The position numbers and the translations under genes were made by a program. 64,000 bases of DNA. Origin: Octopus bimaculoides. Taxonomy: Eukaryota. The notes beneath the pieces were generated by a model. The model saw only the letters and a program-made list of their open reading frames with translations, was not told the origin of the DNA and did no database searches. The DNA lies in assembly GCF_001194135.2 (NCBI RefSeq), contig NC_068988.1, forward strand, positions 35,072,579 to 35,136,578, given 5' to 3'. This document shows positions 13,506-26,349 of the stretch, in pieces (the first letter of the stretch is position 1; each line of letters opens with the position of its first letter).

Positions 13506-14034
13506 TGAGGTAAATATAAAATAATATAAACTGTCATATAAAATGAACTATGGAAAGTTAAGACCTAAATTGTTTGTAACAGATTCAAAGTAATACACTT
13601 CTGAAGCAGGGTGTGTGTAATATTTAATGATTCACTTAAAATCGTTAGAGTGTATCTGTTCCATGCATATAATGTAGTGATTACAAGATGAAAATTAAAT
13701 AAAGGAAAGTAAAGAACATGATTTTATTTGACAGATATAGTTACAAATTTATACACTTCTAATGTTAGGTATGTTTAATCTTTAACTGTAAAGAACAAAA
13801 CCATTTTTAACACAATGTATGCAAATTAACCAACTTCAAAAACAGGGTTTGTTTACTGAATGTGGAATATAATATATTGCATGATATTGCAACAGTATTC
13901 CTTGTTTTCTGGAAATTCCAGATTTCTGGAAGTCAAATAACAGGTTTGTTACTATATTAGGTGAAACATAAGATTTGATATATATTCATGAAGAATTGAC
14001 TATAATATATTTCTGATTTCAAACTTTGATACAT

Positions 14035-14215
14035 GGCCAACAATTTCAGGCAAGCAGGGTAAGTTGATTACATCAACCCTGGTGTCTAACTGGTACTTAT
14101 TTCATTGATTCCGAAAGGATGAAAGGCAAAGTCGATCTCTGCTGAATTTGAACTCAGAACATGAGAGAAGAATGAAATGCCTGGCTTGCTAATGATTCTG
14201 CCATCTCACTGCCAT
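14035..14215 (-). mobile_element. SINE family B, CpG-decayed copy
   Basis: CTGGTACTTATTTCATTGATTCCGAAAGGATGAAAGGCAAAGTCGATCTC...GAATTTGAACTCAGAAC. Confidence 0.8.
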
Positions 14216-14222
14216 CTTATAG

Positions 14223-14715
14223 GGTAAAGAGTAAAGACCTCCTTCAGCCATGAATGATCATGGGATTGCACCTAGAAAGTTATCCTCCAAGGCACAAATC
14301 CAGGCAAAGTTATTTATGGAAGACCCCTTTCCATGCCATTATATGTACATATGGTAAAGAGTAAAGACCCCTTTCAATCATGACTCACCATGGAATTGCG
14401 CCTAGAAAGTTATCCTCCGAGGCACATGTCCGGGCAAGGTTGTTTATGGAAGACTAGCAGTTGCCCATGCATACCAGCCTCCCCTTTTCATGCCACTTAT
14501 ATTATCCAAAGGAAAGGCAAAGACTGATACAGCTTGGCACCAATAACATCACAACTCATTTCTACAGCTGAGTGAACTGGAATTAACATGAAATAAAGTA
14601 TCTTGCTCAAGAACACAAAGCACAGCCCTGTCCAGAAATTTAACTCACTATCTCCAGAAATTGAACTCACTATCTCATGATTGTGACCCCGACACTCTAA
14701 TCACTTGAGCCATTT
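14223..14715 (-). mobile_element. SINE family C, tail type 1, with its 3' about 120 bp duplicated
   Basis: GGTAAAGAGTAAAGACC...CCTAGAAAGTTATCCTCC occurs twice (about 14223 and 14353); CORE-like CAGCTGAGTGAACTGG...TCTTGCTCAAG; a 22-bp tandem duplication (TCCAGAAATT.AACTCACTATC) lies in the head. Confidence 0.8.
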
Positions 14716-14754
14716 TCATAATACATTATTACTGGACATTACTGTCTTGAGTCT

Positions 14755-14990
14755 TAAGCCTCATAAGGCCAGTTACCTGTTTCCATGACATATAAGTGAC
14801 CAAGAGCAAAACAGTCACTTTTTTCAGGACACCAGTCCTTTGTAAGGTGGCTTATTTACAGCTGAGTGGACTGGAGTTATGTGAAAGGAAGTGTTTTGCT
14901 CAAGAATGCAATGCACTACCTGTTTCAGGAATTAATTGCACAATCTTGCGATTGTGAATGCACCACCTTAATGACTAGGCTACACACATT
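14755..14990 (-). mobile_element. SINE family C, tail type 4
   Basis: Same CAGCTGAGTGGACTGGAG...TTGCTCAAG core, but preceded by GGACACCAGTCC and CAGTTACCTGTTTCCATG; a similar tail occurs at about 45965-46200. Confidence 0.6.
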
Positions 14991-16524
14991 TACCACAGTA
15001 TATTACTGGTACACAATAGTTGTATTTATATTCTTAACAATGATTTGCAATAAGGACACACGGTTGAATCAACCCCTCTGTTGTATTGTTTATATTTGTT
15101 CATACTTCTCTATATGAATATTAAAGAAGGAAGAAGAAAGACTGTGTCCCTAAGTTTTGCAGTCTTTTACAAGACAGATGGGATTGATGCAGCTGATGCA
15201 CATTCTGAGCATGTGCTTATCAGTACCTACTAATGAGAAATAATCTTGGGATTACAACAGAAAGGACTCTGCTAGAAACAAGCAAGGTTCAGCTACTCTA
15301 AAGACCCAGTCAATCCTGATCAAACTAACTTATAATCAAAGGTCAGTTATATCAGTTTGACTGACGTATATTTGTGTGTATGTGTATACACACTCACATG
15401 TGCGTGCTCACACACACAAACACATATGTACATACATATTCACTGTAAAGTGTTAAGAATGGCATCCCGTTGTAGAACACCATGCTAAAGTAGACACAAG
15501 TACATTGTAGTCCTTGGATGCATTGGATCCTGTCAAAAAAACATGGACATTTAAATAAGATGATAATGACAACAAAGACAATGATTATTGTCCATTTCTT
15601 TTTCTTTTTTGTTTTTAATTGTTACAGATGATAGGTGATTTCAAGGAGATTTAGCTGCTGTTTCTAATAGATCAAGTGACTACCAAGTAGCTTTTATCTT
15701 TGTTTAATATCAAGGCTTTAGTGTATTGCTAATCCCTGTACACACATTGATGATGAAAGACAAAAGCTAATCTTGGCTACATTCAAATTCCAAACTCAAA
15801 AGTAGAAATCCTCTAACTACTGCAATACATTAACTCTGACACTATTGTTGCAGCCATCTCCAAAACAGGCTGAAATCTGAACAATAATTAAGTTAGATAT
15901 TTGTAAGTTTACTAAACAAAATTTGATCATAGCAAACTCTTAGCTTGTGTTTAATTTTAAGGAAAGCCTCTCAGTTAACTAAGAAACAGAGTTAACATCT
16001 GAAGGTTTGTTTGCAAGCCAGAATTTTCTGTTAGGGTAAACACATTATACACATTGTAAATTTATTCAGCAAAATTTGTTCGTTATTATTAATTCTGATT
16101 GTAATAAGGAATGGTAATTTAAGTTCACAATTTCTTTCCCTTAATTTTACGTTTTATTTTGTTTTTTATTTTTTAATTAACTTGAAATTTCAAATCGATT
16201 AAACCACAATGTTTTCCTACACTCAAATCGGAAATGATGAAAAATATGAAATTAAAATTATAAAACTTAAATTGTAATTTTTACTTAAAAAAATTAAATA
16301 TTTCTTAAAAACTACAGATATGTTATCCTTTAGAAATCAAATTTTAGGGACATTTTGTTTTTCAGAATATTTCCTATTATTATGATTAAAGGTTAAAATT
16401 TCAATTATAATTCAAAATTTTGCTTCTGTTACTATCCCATTAATAACAAACTTAGTTTTGATTTATGGAAGCCTTTTAGTGCTACCTGTTGATGGTGGTG
16501 GTGATGGGGTTAATTCTTAGGGTA

Positions 16525-16905
16525 ATGGAGTGGATCTTTGTTTCTTTATCTTTTATTTCTTTACTTGCCTCAGTCATTGGACTGCGGCCATGCTGGGAGA
16601 CTGCCTTTAATGAATCATCCCTAGTACCTATTTTTTTAAGAATGGTACTTATTCTATTGGTCTATTTGGCCAAACTACTAAGATATAAGGATGTAAACAA
16701 ACCATCATCAGTTGCCAATTTGTGTTGGGGAACAAATACAAAGGCACATACACATGTATGATGGGTTTCTTTTAGTTTCTGTTTACCAAATCCACTGACA
16801 AGGCCTTGATTGACCCAGGGCTTTAGTAGAAGACTCTTGCCCAGGATGCCATGGAATGGGACTGAACATGGAGCCATGTGGTTGGGAAGCAAACTTCTTA
16901 ACACA
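16525..16905 (-). mobile_element. SINE family A, full length
   Basis: Reverse complement of the 1420-1812 element, from CAGTCATTGGACTGCGGCCATGCTGG to GGTTGGGAAGCAAACTTCTTAACACA. Confidence 0.85.
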
Positions 16906-17363
16906 CATGTCCATGCTTGTGTCTCTATTCATTTATGTTTTTTCTTGAAATTTCAAATTCGGAAAAAATTGGAATTGTCATCCCTGGTTTTTGATGTTTC
17001 ATCCCACATGTCAACCCTGAGTAAATGACACTGTTATCAAAGGCACTCCATTCGGGACCATCCAAGGCCCTTTTTTTTTTTTCTAGACTACATTATCCAA
17101 AGCACTATTCCATTTTTAAGGAAACGGAGTTGGTTGCAATTTCTTGCAAGTTGTGTGGCCACGTAGACACCCTGTTATTATAAAACTCAATGTATGTGTT
17201 GGGGGTGGAAGGTCGGGCGAAAATTACTCAGCAATGTGGAATTTATACAGATTAATTACAAAAGGATATGCATTTCAGTTCCTGTTATTTGTGGGGTAGA
17301 ATTCCATGCAAAATTGCATGCACAGACAAATGCTTCATAGTCTGACAAGCCAAACCAGTTGAG

Positions 17364-17401
<38 letters not shown>

Positions 17402-18459
17402 ACACATGTATGTGTGTGTGTGGAGTGTTTTTGTTCTCTGGTACATAATCATAGCAACTTAGCCACCAAAATGATATGGTGTTTATATTTTTGAAATTCA
17501 CTATAACACGGCAATTAACTCAGTTTGATTAATCTTAGGTAGTTCTTGAAGTGAAACAATACTTTATTTGTTTAAATTACATGCTGTGTCACTTCTGTTT
17601 GTGCTTGAGAATTAGGACATTGAATGCATACACAATTTCCAAATAATACCATATATATATATATATATATAATATATATATATANNNNNNNNNNNNNNNN
17701 NNNNNNNNNNNNNNNNNNNNNNNNNNNNNNNNNNNNNNNNNNNNNNNNNNNNNNNNNNNNNNNNNNNNNNNNNNNNNNNNNNNNNNNNNNNNNNNNNNNN
17801 NNNNNNNNNNNNNNNNNNNNNNNNNNNNNNNNNNNNNNNNNNNNNNNNNNNNNNNNNNNNNNNNNNNNNNNNNNNNNNNNNNNNNNNNNNNNNNNNNNNN
17901 NNNNNNNNNNNNNNNNNNNNNNNNNNNNNNNNNNNNNNNNNNNNNNNNNNNNNNNNNNNNNNNNNNNNNNNNNNNNNNNNNNNNNNNNNNNNNNNNNNNN
18001 NNNNNNNNNNNNNNNNNNNNNNNNNNNNNNNNNNNNNNNNNNNNNNNNNNNNNNNNNNNNNNNNNNNNNNNNNNNNNNNNNNNNNNNNNNNNNNNNNNNN
18101 NNNNNNNNNNNNNNNNNNNNNNNNNNNNNNNNNNNNNNNNNNNNNNNNNNNNNNNNNNNNNNNNNNNNNNNNNNNNNNNNNNNNNNNNNNNNNNNNNNNN
18201 NNNNNNNNNNNNNNNNNNNNNNNNNNNNNNNNNNNNNNNNNNNNNNNNNNNNNNNNNNNNNNNNNNNNNNNNNNNNNNNNNNNNNNNNNNNNNNNNNNNN
18301 NNNNNNNNNNNNNNNNNNNNNNNNNNNNNNNNNNNNNNNNNNNNNNNNNNNNNNNNNNNNNNNNNNNNNNNNNNNNNNNNNNNNNNNNNNNNNNNNNNNN
18401 NNNNNNNNNNNNNNNNNNNTAGCACCACCTAATAAGATTATCTAAACCCTTTTTTACAG

Positions 18460-19357
18460 TCAAGTTTTGTTTATCGTCCATTCAAGTAGTGAGTTCTTAT
18501 TGAGTGAGTTATTTCCAGGTATGGGTGGCTTGTTTGGTATTCTTTGAAGAAAGCTGTCTAGACTCCGTTTAAAGCTGATAGGATCCCTTTCCTCTTTTAT
18601 CTGTTTCAGGGCAATGTTAAACAGGACAGGGCCTGTTGAGGAAAAGAAATTATGCCGCAATGTACCTATACATTGTGATTCTGAATTGGGCAGGGGATGT
18701 ATGGCCCGTGGTCCCAGCCTTGGATGAACCTCGAAACTAATGTTCAGGTTGTTTGGGCAATGCTGGTGGTATATCTTCCACATCGTACAGATGATGTACC
18801 ACTCGCAGCGGTGCTGGAGAGAGTAGAGCTTCAAGGCTTTAAGGCAGTCCCAGTAATCAAAATCAGTCATGCCTTCAATTCGTTTGGTGAGTGCCCTCTC
18901 GGGTGATTCAATCCTCAAGATGTTTTAACTTTGTATGGGGAGACCACAGCGGGCAGCAGTATTCGAGGTGTGGCCGTACAAAGGAGGAGAAAAGTGGAAT
19001 GATGACACCTTGTTCTCTGGACCAGAACGTTCTTAAGATCCAGGAGCTCATCCTATGAGCTATATTGACCTTATTGCTGATGTGGGCACTCCAATTGAGA
19101 TTGTTGTCAACAATTACACCCAGAACTCTGATATTATTGGATGCTGTGAGCGGTTCCCCTGAAGGAAGAGAGTATGGCTGTTTTAGTATAGACTTTCTTC
19201 CAAAATGCATCAGTCAAATTTTCCCTCGTTCAGTTTCATTTTATTTTTATCTGCCCATTGACTCACAGCATATAGATCAGAATGGAGTTGGGTTCGGTCT
19301 TCTTCTTTATTGATGATTTGCTGGAGCTTAGTGTCATCAGCAAATATTTTCACTTTG
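18460..19357 (-). mobile_element. 5'-truncated, frameshifted CR1-group non-LTR retrotransposon (RT C-terminal half)
   Basis: Minus-strand peptides KVKIFADDTKLQ...AVSQWADKNKMKLN, MHFG...VRVLGVIVDNNLNWSAHI...FVRPHLEYCCPLWSPH and ALTKRIEGM..FDYWDCLKALKLYSLQHR...II..WKI. FADDTK and RPHLEY..LWSP are CR1/L2-group RT motifs. Confidence 0.9.
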
Positions 19358-19428
19358 TAGTGATATATATATATATATATATGGTATATATAATATATAT
19401 ATATGACATGTATATATATTTATATTAT

Positions 19429-19475
<47 letters not shown>

Positions 19476-20269
19476 AGACACTTGGCCACGGTGCCACGCA
19501 GTGGGACTGAACCTGGAAGCATGTGGCAGGGAAGCAAGCTTCTTACCACACAGCTACTATATAAAGATAGATAGGTAGATGAATAGATAGGTATATAGAG
19601 AGGATGGCTTGATAGATAGATAGATAGATAGATAAGCATCTACATAATAAAAGATAAGCAAATATTACTGATTATATACTGGTCTGTGCTGAGAGAATAG
19701 TATAGAAATAACTAGATGGACGATAACTGCAAGGATGTGCAACTTTCAATATTATAACAGTTTCTTTTTTATTTTTTGGTTTGGTTTTTCTTTTTTTTTT
19801 ATTTTGTAAAGTTAGTTATGATGAAGAGATTCTAAGGTTATATACCTTAGTTTGCATAATGTATTTAATGATCTTAATTGAATATCTCTTACCTCATGCT
19901 ATCATTATGTCATCTTGTCATGATTAAGGAATTCGACCCAGCATGGCAAGAGAAAGAGAGAGAGGAGTGAGTGCGTGAGAGAGACAGAAAGAAGAGGAGG
20001 AGAAGGGAAAGAACGGGAGCAAAATAAAAACTATGGGTGAGAAAGAGAAAAGGAAAATACAGTGTTAAGAAGGAGAAAGACGAACAGAGAATGGAATAAA
20101 GAAAATTGAGAGAGAGAGAGAGAGAGAAGTGCGAAGAGACATATTCTACATAGAATAATAAAAGAAATACTAAGTTAAAGTTATGATTGTTAAGCAAGTT
20201 TAAGAATAACAGAATTTTAGTGATATGGAGACTCATGTTGAAAATAGAATAAAGTTTATTTATTTCTTT

Positions 20270-20456
20270 ATATTTTACTCCTTTTAGTCACTAGACCGCG
20301 ACCATGCTGGGGCACCGCCCTGAAGAATTTTTAGTCAAATGAATCGACCACAGAAATTATTTTTAAAGCCTGATATTTATTATATTGGATCTGTTGCCAA
20401 ATTGCTAATTTCTAGGGGAAAAACAAATCAACATCAGTTGTCAAGCAGTGGTGGGG

Positions 20457-20494
<38 letters not shown>

Positions 20495-20655
20495 GAGCTT
20501 CTTTCAGTTTCTGTCTACCAAATCTACCCACAAGGCTATCGGCCTCTGGGGCTATAGTAGCAGGCACTTGCTCAAGATGCCATGCAGTTGAACTGAACAC
20601 CCCGAATCATAAGGTTGGGGAGCAAGCTTCTTACCACACAGCCACACCTGCGCCT
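20270..20655 (-). mobile_element. SINE family A, full length with internal (CA)n
   Basis: GACCGCGACCATGCTGGGGCACCGCC...CTTCTTTCAGTTTCTGTCTACCAAATC...GGGAGCAAGCTTCTTACCACACAGCC. Confidence 0.85.
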
Positions 20656-20789
20656 ATAAAATTATAAAATTCCTTTTGACTGAATCTGTAGGTTTCACCT
20701 GACAGCTTATTCAGTCATTGGTTGAATTTATTGTTGCATGAAACTTAGCTCTTTTGTTATTATTCTTCTGCTTGAGTGCCTCTGTTTCA

Positions 20790-21085
20790 GTTCAAGCTTA
20801 TTGCACTATGGACAAGGGTCTTCTACTATAGCCCCAGACTCAATAATGCTTTGTAAAGAGATTTAGCCAACAGAAACTGTACAAAAGCCTGTCATGTGTG
20901 TTCTGCTGCTTCATTACTAACATTGGTTTGTTTGTAACCTAGCAGTCTGTCAAAAGATTAAAAAAAAAAAAACTGATAGAATAAATCCCAGATTTAAGAA
21001 TAAGTATTGGGGCTTGATTTGATCAACTAAAATTTTTCAGAGTGGTACCACAGCCTGGGCACAGTCCATTGACTGAAACAACTTA
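20790..21085 (+). mobile_element. SINE family A, decayed
   Basis: ATGGACAAGGGTCTTCTACTATAGCCCC...GATAGAATAAAT...TATTGGGGCTTGATTTG...GACTGAAACAA. Confidence 0.7.
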
Positions 21086-21300
21086 TGAACAATGCAAGAC
21101 ATGCAATCATTAGTGTGCATTATCTAAACCTTAAATTACAAATTTAAAAATCTGTGGAGCATTTTTTAAGAACTACTTATTTATGTGGTTGAGAGATCTG
21201 CCAGAAATAACCATCATATTTCACTCAAACCATATTCTATTGTTTTTTTTTTTTTGTTCATCTTTTGGTCAAGGGGCAAATAGTGCTCATTACTCTTTAA

Positions 21301-21520
21301 CCCTTTAGTATTCAGATTACTCAGTCAAATGTGATGTTTATTTATTCTCATTAATATGAATTAGTTAGGTATTGTCTTGTAGCTAAGAGATTTTCCTGGT
21401 GTGATTGCTTATTTTTAGAATGACATTGTAAAGTTGGTATGAGAGGCCATATCTGACCAGTTTTAACATAAAACTAGTAGAATATTTAGGCTGGATGTGG
21501 CCAGTTTGAATGCTGAAGGA
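21301..21520. mobile_element. piggyBac-like MITE, 220 bp, TTAA target site duplication
   Basis: TTAA|CCCTTTAGTATTCA ... TGAATGCTGAAGGA|TTAA: 14-bp imperfect TIRs with TTAA at 21297-21300 and 21521-21524. Confidence 0.8.
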
Positions 21521-23244
21521 TTAAGAACCTCTGAGACTAGTGGGATGGAGGGACAAAGGTATCTTCAATCACAGACCTAGCCCAAATGTTTGCAATACAA
21601 TTGACTGCAGTAAGTAAAGTAACCAAAAGTGTTTGATGGTGTTGTTAAACTGGACTACAGATTAAGTCTATCAGCCATGAAAGGATGAAATGGAAAGTCA
21701 ACTGTGGTTGGTTTTGAATACAGAGCACTGGCAAGTCAAAACAGATATGGCAGGGCATTCAGTCTAATGTTTTAAGAACTTTGGCAATTCAACACTTTTA
21801 GTAAAAATGGCAAAAAGTATGTATGTGTGTGTGTGTGAGAGAGAGAGCGAGAGGGGGAGAGAGAGAGAAAGACAGACAGACAAAACCAAAGTGCATGCTA
21901 GTAATAGTTACACCATGTCTGAAAAAAGGTGGTATGGCCATGGCTAGAATGCCTTGACCAGATCTAAGCAAGATGGTGATAGTGGTAGTGTAGTGGTGGT
22001 AGTAGAAGCAACAACAACAACAATAATAGTAGCAACACCTTCATTTTATTCATCTATATTTTTCATTTTCTTTTAACAAGCCACAGCCATAACGATGGCT
22101 GCGTTTTTCACTTGCATCTTAATTATACATCATTCAGGTGTCTTTATGGCCAATTTGCCATTATTCTTTCTTGAGGAGGTGGAAACTTTCAGTTGATGCT
22201 AGAATTATCTGAAAAATGTTCTCGCATGCTCACATCTTAGGCAGATTTTTGTTTTTCTCTTTTTCCTTTTTATCCATTTGAGATGTGTTATTAATAATGT
22301 TATGTTGGAATGTTAACGCATTTAACCTTTTTCTTCGCTTGCTTCTAACTATTCTACGTTTTTCTTTCTTTCTTTTCTTTTTATTCTAATAGTCCATACT
22401 CTGATATCTATCTATCTGTCTATTGGTTCATGAATTCCTCTGACTTCAGTGCTATCCATGTTCACTATCAATGTTGGCAATGAAGTTACTACAGATTCTT
22501 TTCCTTGTCGGTTCTATGACATGGACTTCGCTCATGCTAAAGCATTGTCTTGAAGGGTTGTTTTAGTAAATAATATATGCTTCTGTTCTTAGTGTTTAAA
22601 AGTTTAGTGCTTATTTCATCATCCTCTGTTTACCTTCTAAACTGGAGAATGTAAACAAAGACCACTGATTTATAAGCTATGTCAATGTCTAGACTCACAT
22701 ACATGAACATATTGTCTGTATTTCATTTCCTCTGAAGACTACTCTGTTTAAACGACAGATTATTTAGAAGTTAGAGATTTTCACATGATGTTCAAATATC
22801 AATTTTTTAATCAAACATTCCAGAAAGAATTGTAATTCACTCAATTTAAAATGCAAGTACTCAGAAGTGAAGTCTTGTTTGAAAAGTGCTGTGCACGAAA
22901 TTCTCTGCTCTTGAGTCATTTTTGTAACATTTGCTGGTTAAATATATCATCATCATCATTATCATCTACTGCATCTATGTTCCATTCTGACATGGTTGTA
23001 TGGTCTGACAAGTTCTGATGTGTCCAAGGAGTGCATTGTGTTCCTGTGTCTGCTTTGGTACAGTTTCTACAGTTGGATGCCCATTCTAATGCCAATCCCT
23101 GTTGCCATCCAAATTGAAAGACTATGAACTATAAGGTGAGAATGAGCTTTATGCTAGGAGTTGAGATGGGGGTTAAAGTATGAGGGAACTGAGCAATCTA
23201 AGAGATGTTAAGTCAAGAAAAAGGATCCTATATACATACATACA

Positions 23245-23287
<43 letters not shown>

Positions 23288-23849
23288 GACATGCTCCCAT
23301 ATAATTCATCTTCCACATTTCACAGACTAGTCATTAGTCAACCCGATGCTATTGTGGAAGACAAATGGCACACAGTAGGATTGAAATCCAAGCTACATAG
23401 CTATGAAAGAAGCTTCTTAACCAAAGAGCCGGACATCAGTGGCGATTTTTTCTTCCTCCGTTTTCCCGTCTTTGGACTTTCCTTGTTTGCGACAAAGAGC
23501 TCTGCTCGAAACGTCATATTCTCTCTCTTTCCTTTCCTGAGCGTCTAGTAACACAATCTGTATCACGTCCCCACGTTGTTTTTTTGTTGTTGTTTTTTTT
23601 TGTCTTTTTCCTTTTTTGAACTTATACATATATATATGGAGATTTATAAATATGTTGTTTAGTTTCAAGTCAGCCCAAGTGATAGTTATTCTAGCTGTGA
23701 TCATCTTGTTTTTCAGGCCATAGTGTATCCAAAGCTGCATAAGTCAGTATGTCCTTTCCTTTTAGAGAAAACCAAACAGAAGGGGATGATTTAGAAGAGA
23801 TTCAGTTACTATATCTATCACAACTTCCTCATTGATTCAAATCTAAACT

Positions 23850-23980
23850 ACATGCATGCATACATACACACACACATACATACATCATACATACATACAT
23901 ACATACACACACACATACATACATCATACATACATACATCATACATACATACATACATACATACATACATACATACATGC
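23850..23980. repeat. (ATAC)n tetranucleotide microsatellite
   Basis: Directly visible, with periodic ATC interruptions. Confidence 0.95.
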
Positions 23981-24612
23981 ATATATAATTTTCAAGACAC
24001 ATTGACATATCTTTCTAAAATGACTCATTATTCTTTACTTTACAAGATTTAATATTTTATCAGATTCACATACACACAATCACGCACACACATACGTGCA
24101 TGCTCACATGCATGCAAGATAAAGACCAGTATGTTTTAGATTATAAAAGTTGATATGTGAGAGCAGTCAGTGAGAAAATGGAAGACATGGAAAAGGAAAA
24201 GGAAAAGGAAGAAAAAAAAAATAAGAAGAAACTATTCCATTTATATTTTAGGCAAAATAACAGCCAAAGATTTGCTCTTCTGCATTGTCTCTCTCTGTCT
24301 TCTCTCTCATAAAGTTAGTCAGATATTTTCTCAAAATATTCCGCGAAGACATCACATGCTAACTAACATAAAGTAAATGGTTACACGTACACACCCACAT
24401 GCGTACACACGCATACTAATATATGTGCGCTTGTACGCATACCACAGTACAAAAATATACCATGTAAAAAAAAAAATATATATATATATTTAAGAAAATA
24501 TATGAACCATCAATCTAATTGTGTTCCTTCTGAAATTCTTTAATTAAATCAATTACTGATTAATAATAGATTGCCAAAAGAAATTCTTTTACATTTTTAG
24601 ATACATCATTCT

Positions 24613-24645
<33 letters not shown>

Positions 24646-25084
24646 GCATTCTGCCTGATGCACTTTTGTTTTAATTGCTGTTGTTATAGGAATTATTTCA
24701 ACGTTATTATTGTTGTTGATGTTGGCATTTTTAAAATTTTATCTTGTAAAAAAAAACCATCACCATCACCACCGTCATTATCATTATCATCATCATCAGC
24801 ATTCTTATCTCATCAATATTGTATTTTTTAATGATCTTTCTATGTTGTTAAACAATGAAGAACATGATTCAACACCATCAAAATCATCCTTATATGTTAC
24901 TATATTATTATTATTGGTGGGGGTGGTAGTAAGTTGGCATGCTGACAAAAATTGTNNNNNNNNNNNNNNNNNNNNNNNNNNNNNNNNNNNNNNNNNNNNN
25001 NNNNNNNNNNNNNNNNNNNNNNNNNNNNNNNNNNNNNNNNNNNNNNNNNNNNNNNNTTAATTACATCGGCTCTAGTGCTCAACT

Positions 25085-25460
25085 GTTACTTAGTCTATTG
25101 ACCCTAAAAGGTCGACTTTGCCTTTCATCCTTTCGGGATCAATAAATTAAGTACCAGTGAAATACTGGGGTCTGTGTAATCAACTAGTCCCCTCTTCACA
25201 AATTTGAGGCCATGTGCCTCCAGTAGAAACGATTGTTATTATTATTAGTATTATTATTATTATTGGTGGGGGTGGTAGTAAGTTGGCATGCTGACAAAAA
25301 TTGTTAGCACATCAGACAAAGCACTCAGTGGTATATCTTCTGGCTCTTTACATTCTGAGTTCAAATCCTTCTGAGATCAACTTTGTTTTCTGTATCCTCT
25401 AGGGTCAGTACAATAAAGTACGAATGAAGTACTGGGGTTGATGCAATCAACTTGCCCGAC
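25085..25460 (+). mobile_element. Two tandem SINE family B copies separated by (ATT)n
   Basis: GGTCGACTTTGCCTTTCATCCTTTCGGGATCAATAAATTAAGTACCAG, then (ATT)n, then a second head TGGCATGCTGACAAAAATTGTTAGCAC...TTCTGAGTTCAAATCC. Confidence 0.8.
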
Positions 25461-25469
25461 TCCACGTCA

Positions 25470-25652
25470 CAGTTTGTTTTGAGGTTTGGTGGCAACAAAT
25501 GTCCTCAGATCTCAAGAACCTTTCTAAGGAATCTTGCAGATCAAATATTGCATTTTTCTGCTGGTTGACCTTGTAAATTTCAGCTTCTTACATAGCAGTT
25601 TGTGGGTGCTGTGCCAAGTACACCAATTACCATGGGAATAATTATCATCTTA
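25470..25652 (-). mobile_element. 3' tip of an R4/Dong-type (RLE) non-LTR retrotransposon
   Basis: Minus-strand KMIIIPMVIGVLGTAPTN ... QKNAIF(frameshift)SARFLRKVLEI* (stop at 25505-25507), matching the conserved VIPIVIGALG...QKSALLG.ARILRKVL C-terminus of RLE elements. Confidence 0.7.
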
Positions 25653-26003
25653 CTCTTTCACAGTCACTTCATCTCTCTCTCTCTCTCTCTCTTTTTCTCC
25701 TGATACTTCTCATTTTCTTTTCCTATAACTTTGATACCTACACTTTTAATATACAGTATTGCAAAGTCTATGGTGTTACACAGTTTGATTATTATTATCA
25801 TTATCATAATTTTATTATTATTATTATTAGTCTGTCTTTACATTCCAAGTTCAAGTTTTGTCAGTGTTAACTTTGCCTTTCATCTTTTTAGGTTCAATAA
25901 AATAAGGCACCAGTTGAACAATGGGGTCAATGTAATCGCATTAGCCCCTTAACCGAAACTGCTGGCCTTGTATCAAAATTATTATTATTATTATTATTAT
26001 TAT

Positions 26004-26115
26004 CATTGAGTGAGAGAGCAGTGCATGCTATCAAAGTGAGACTGGGGAAAAATATACGAAGCCCAGTATACCCAACATGACTACTCGTCTGAAAAGGCTA
26101 CACCAGGCACATGCT
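26004..26115 (-). repeat. Fragment of repeat family D
   Basis: ATTGAGTGAGAGAGCAGTGCATGCTATCAAAGTG...GCCCAGTATACCC...CACCAGGCACATGC is the reverse complement of the ends of the 38970-39980 units; it abuts (ATT)n. Confidence 0.75.
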
Positions 26116-26306
26116 TCATTTCTTCTGCCTCTTTACATTCTGACTTCCAATTTCAGTGAGATTGCCATCATTCAAGGTTACCTTTCATCCTTCGAGGTCA
26201 CTAAATTAAGTACCAGTTGAGTACTGGTGTTGATGTACTCAACTTCCCTACCCATTGACATTGTTCGCCTTGTGCCTATAATAGAAAGGATTATTATTAT
26301 TATTAT

Positions 26307-26349
<43 letters not shown>

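Noticed and set aside
24901-25304. Identical 55-nt segment on both sides of the 24956-25056 gap
   Set aside because: Identical even at positions diverged from the SINE B consensus and abutting a gap; most likely a contig-overlap artefact rather than a real duplication.
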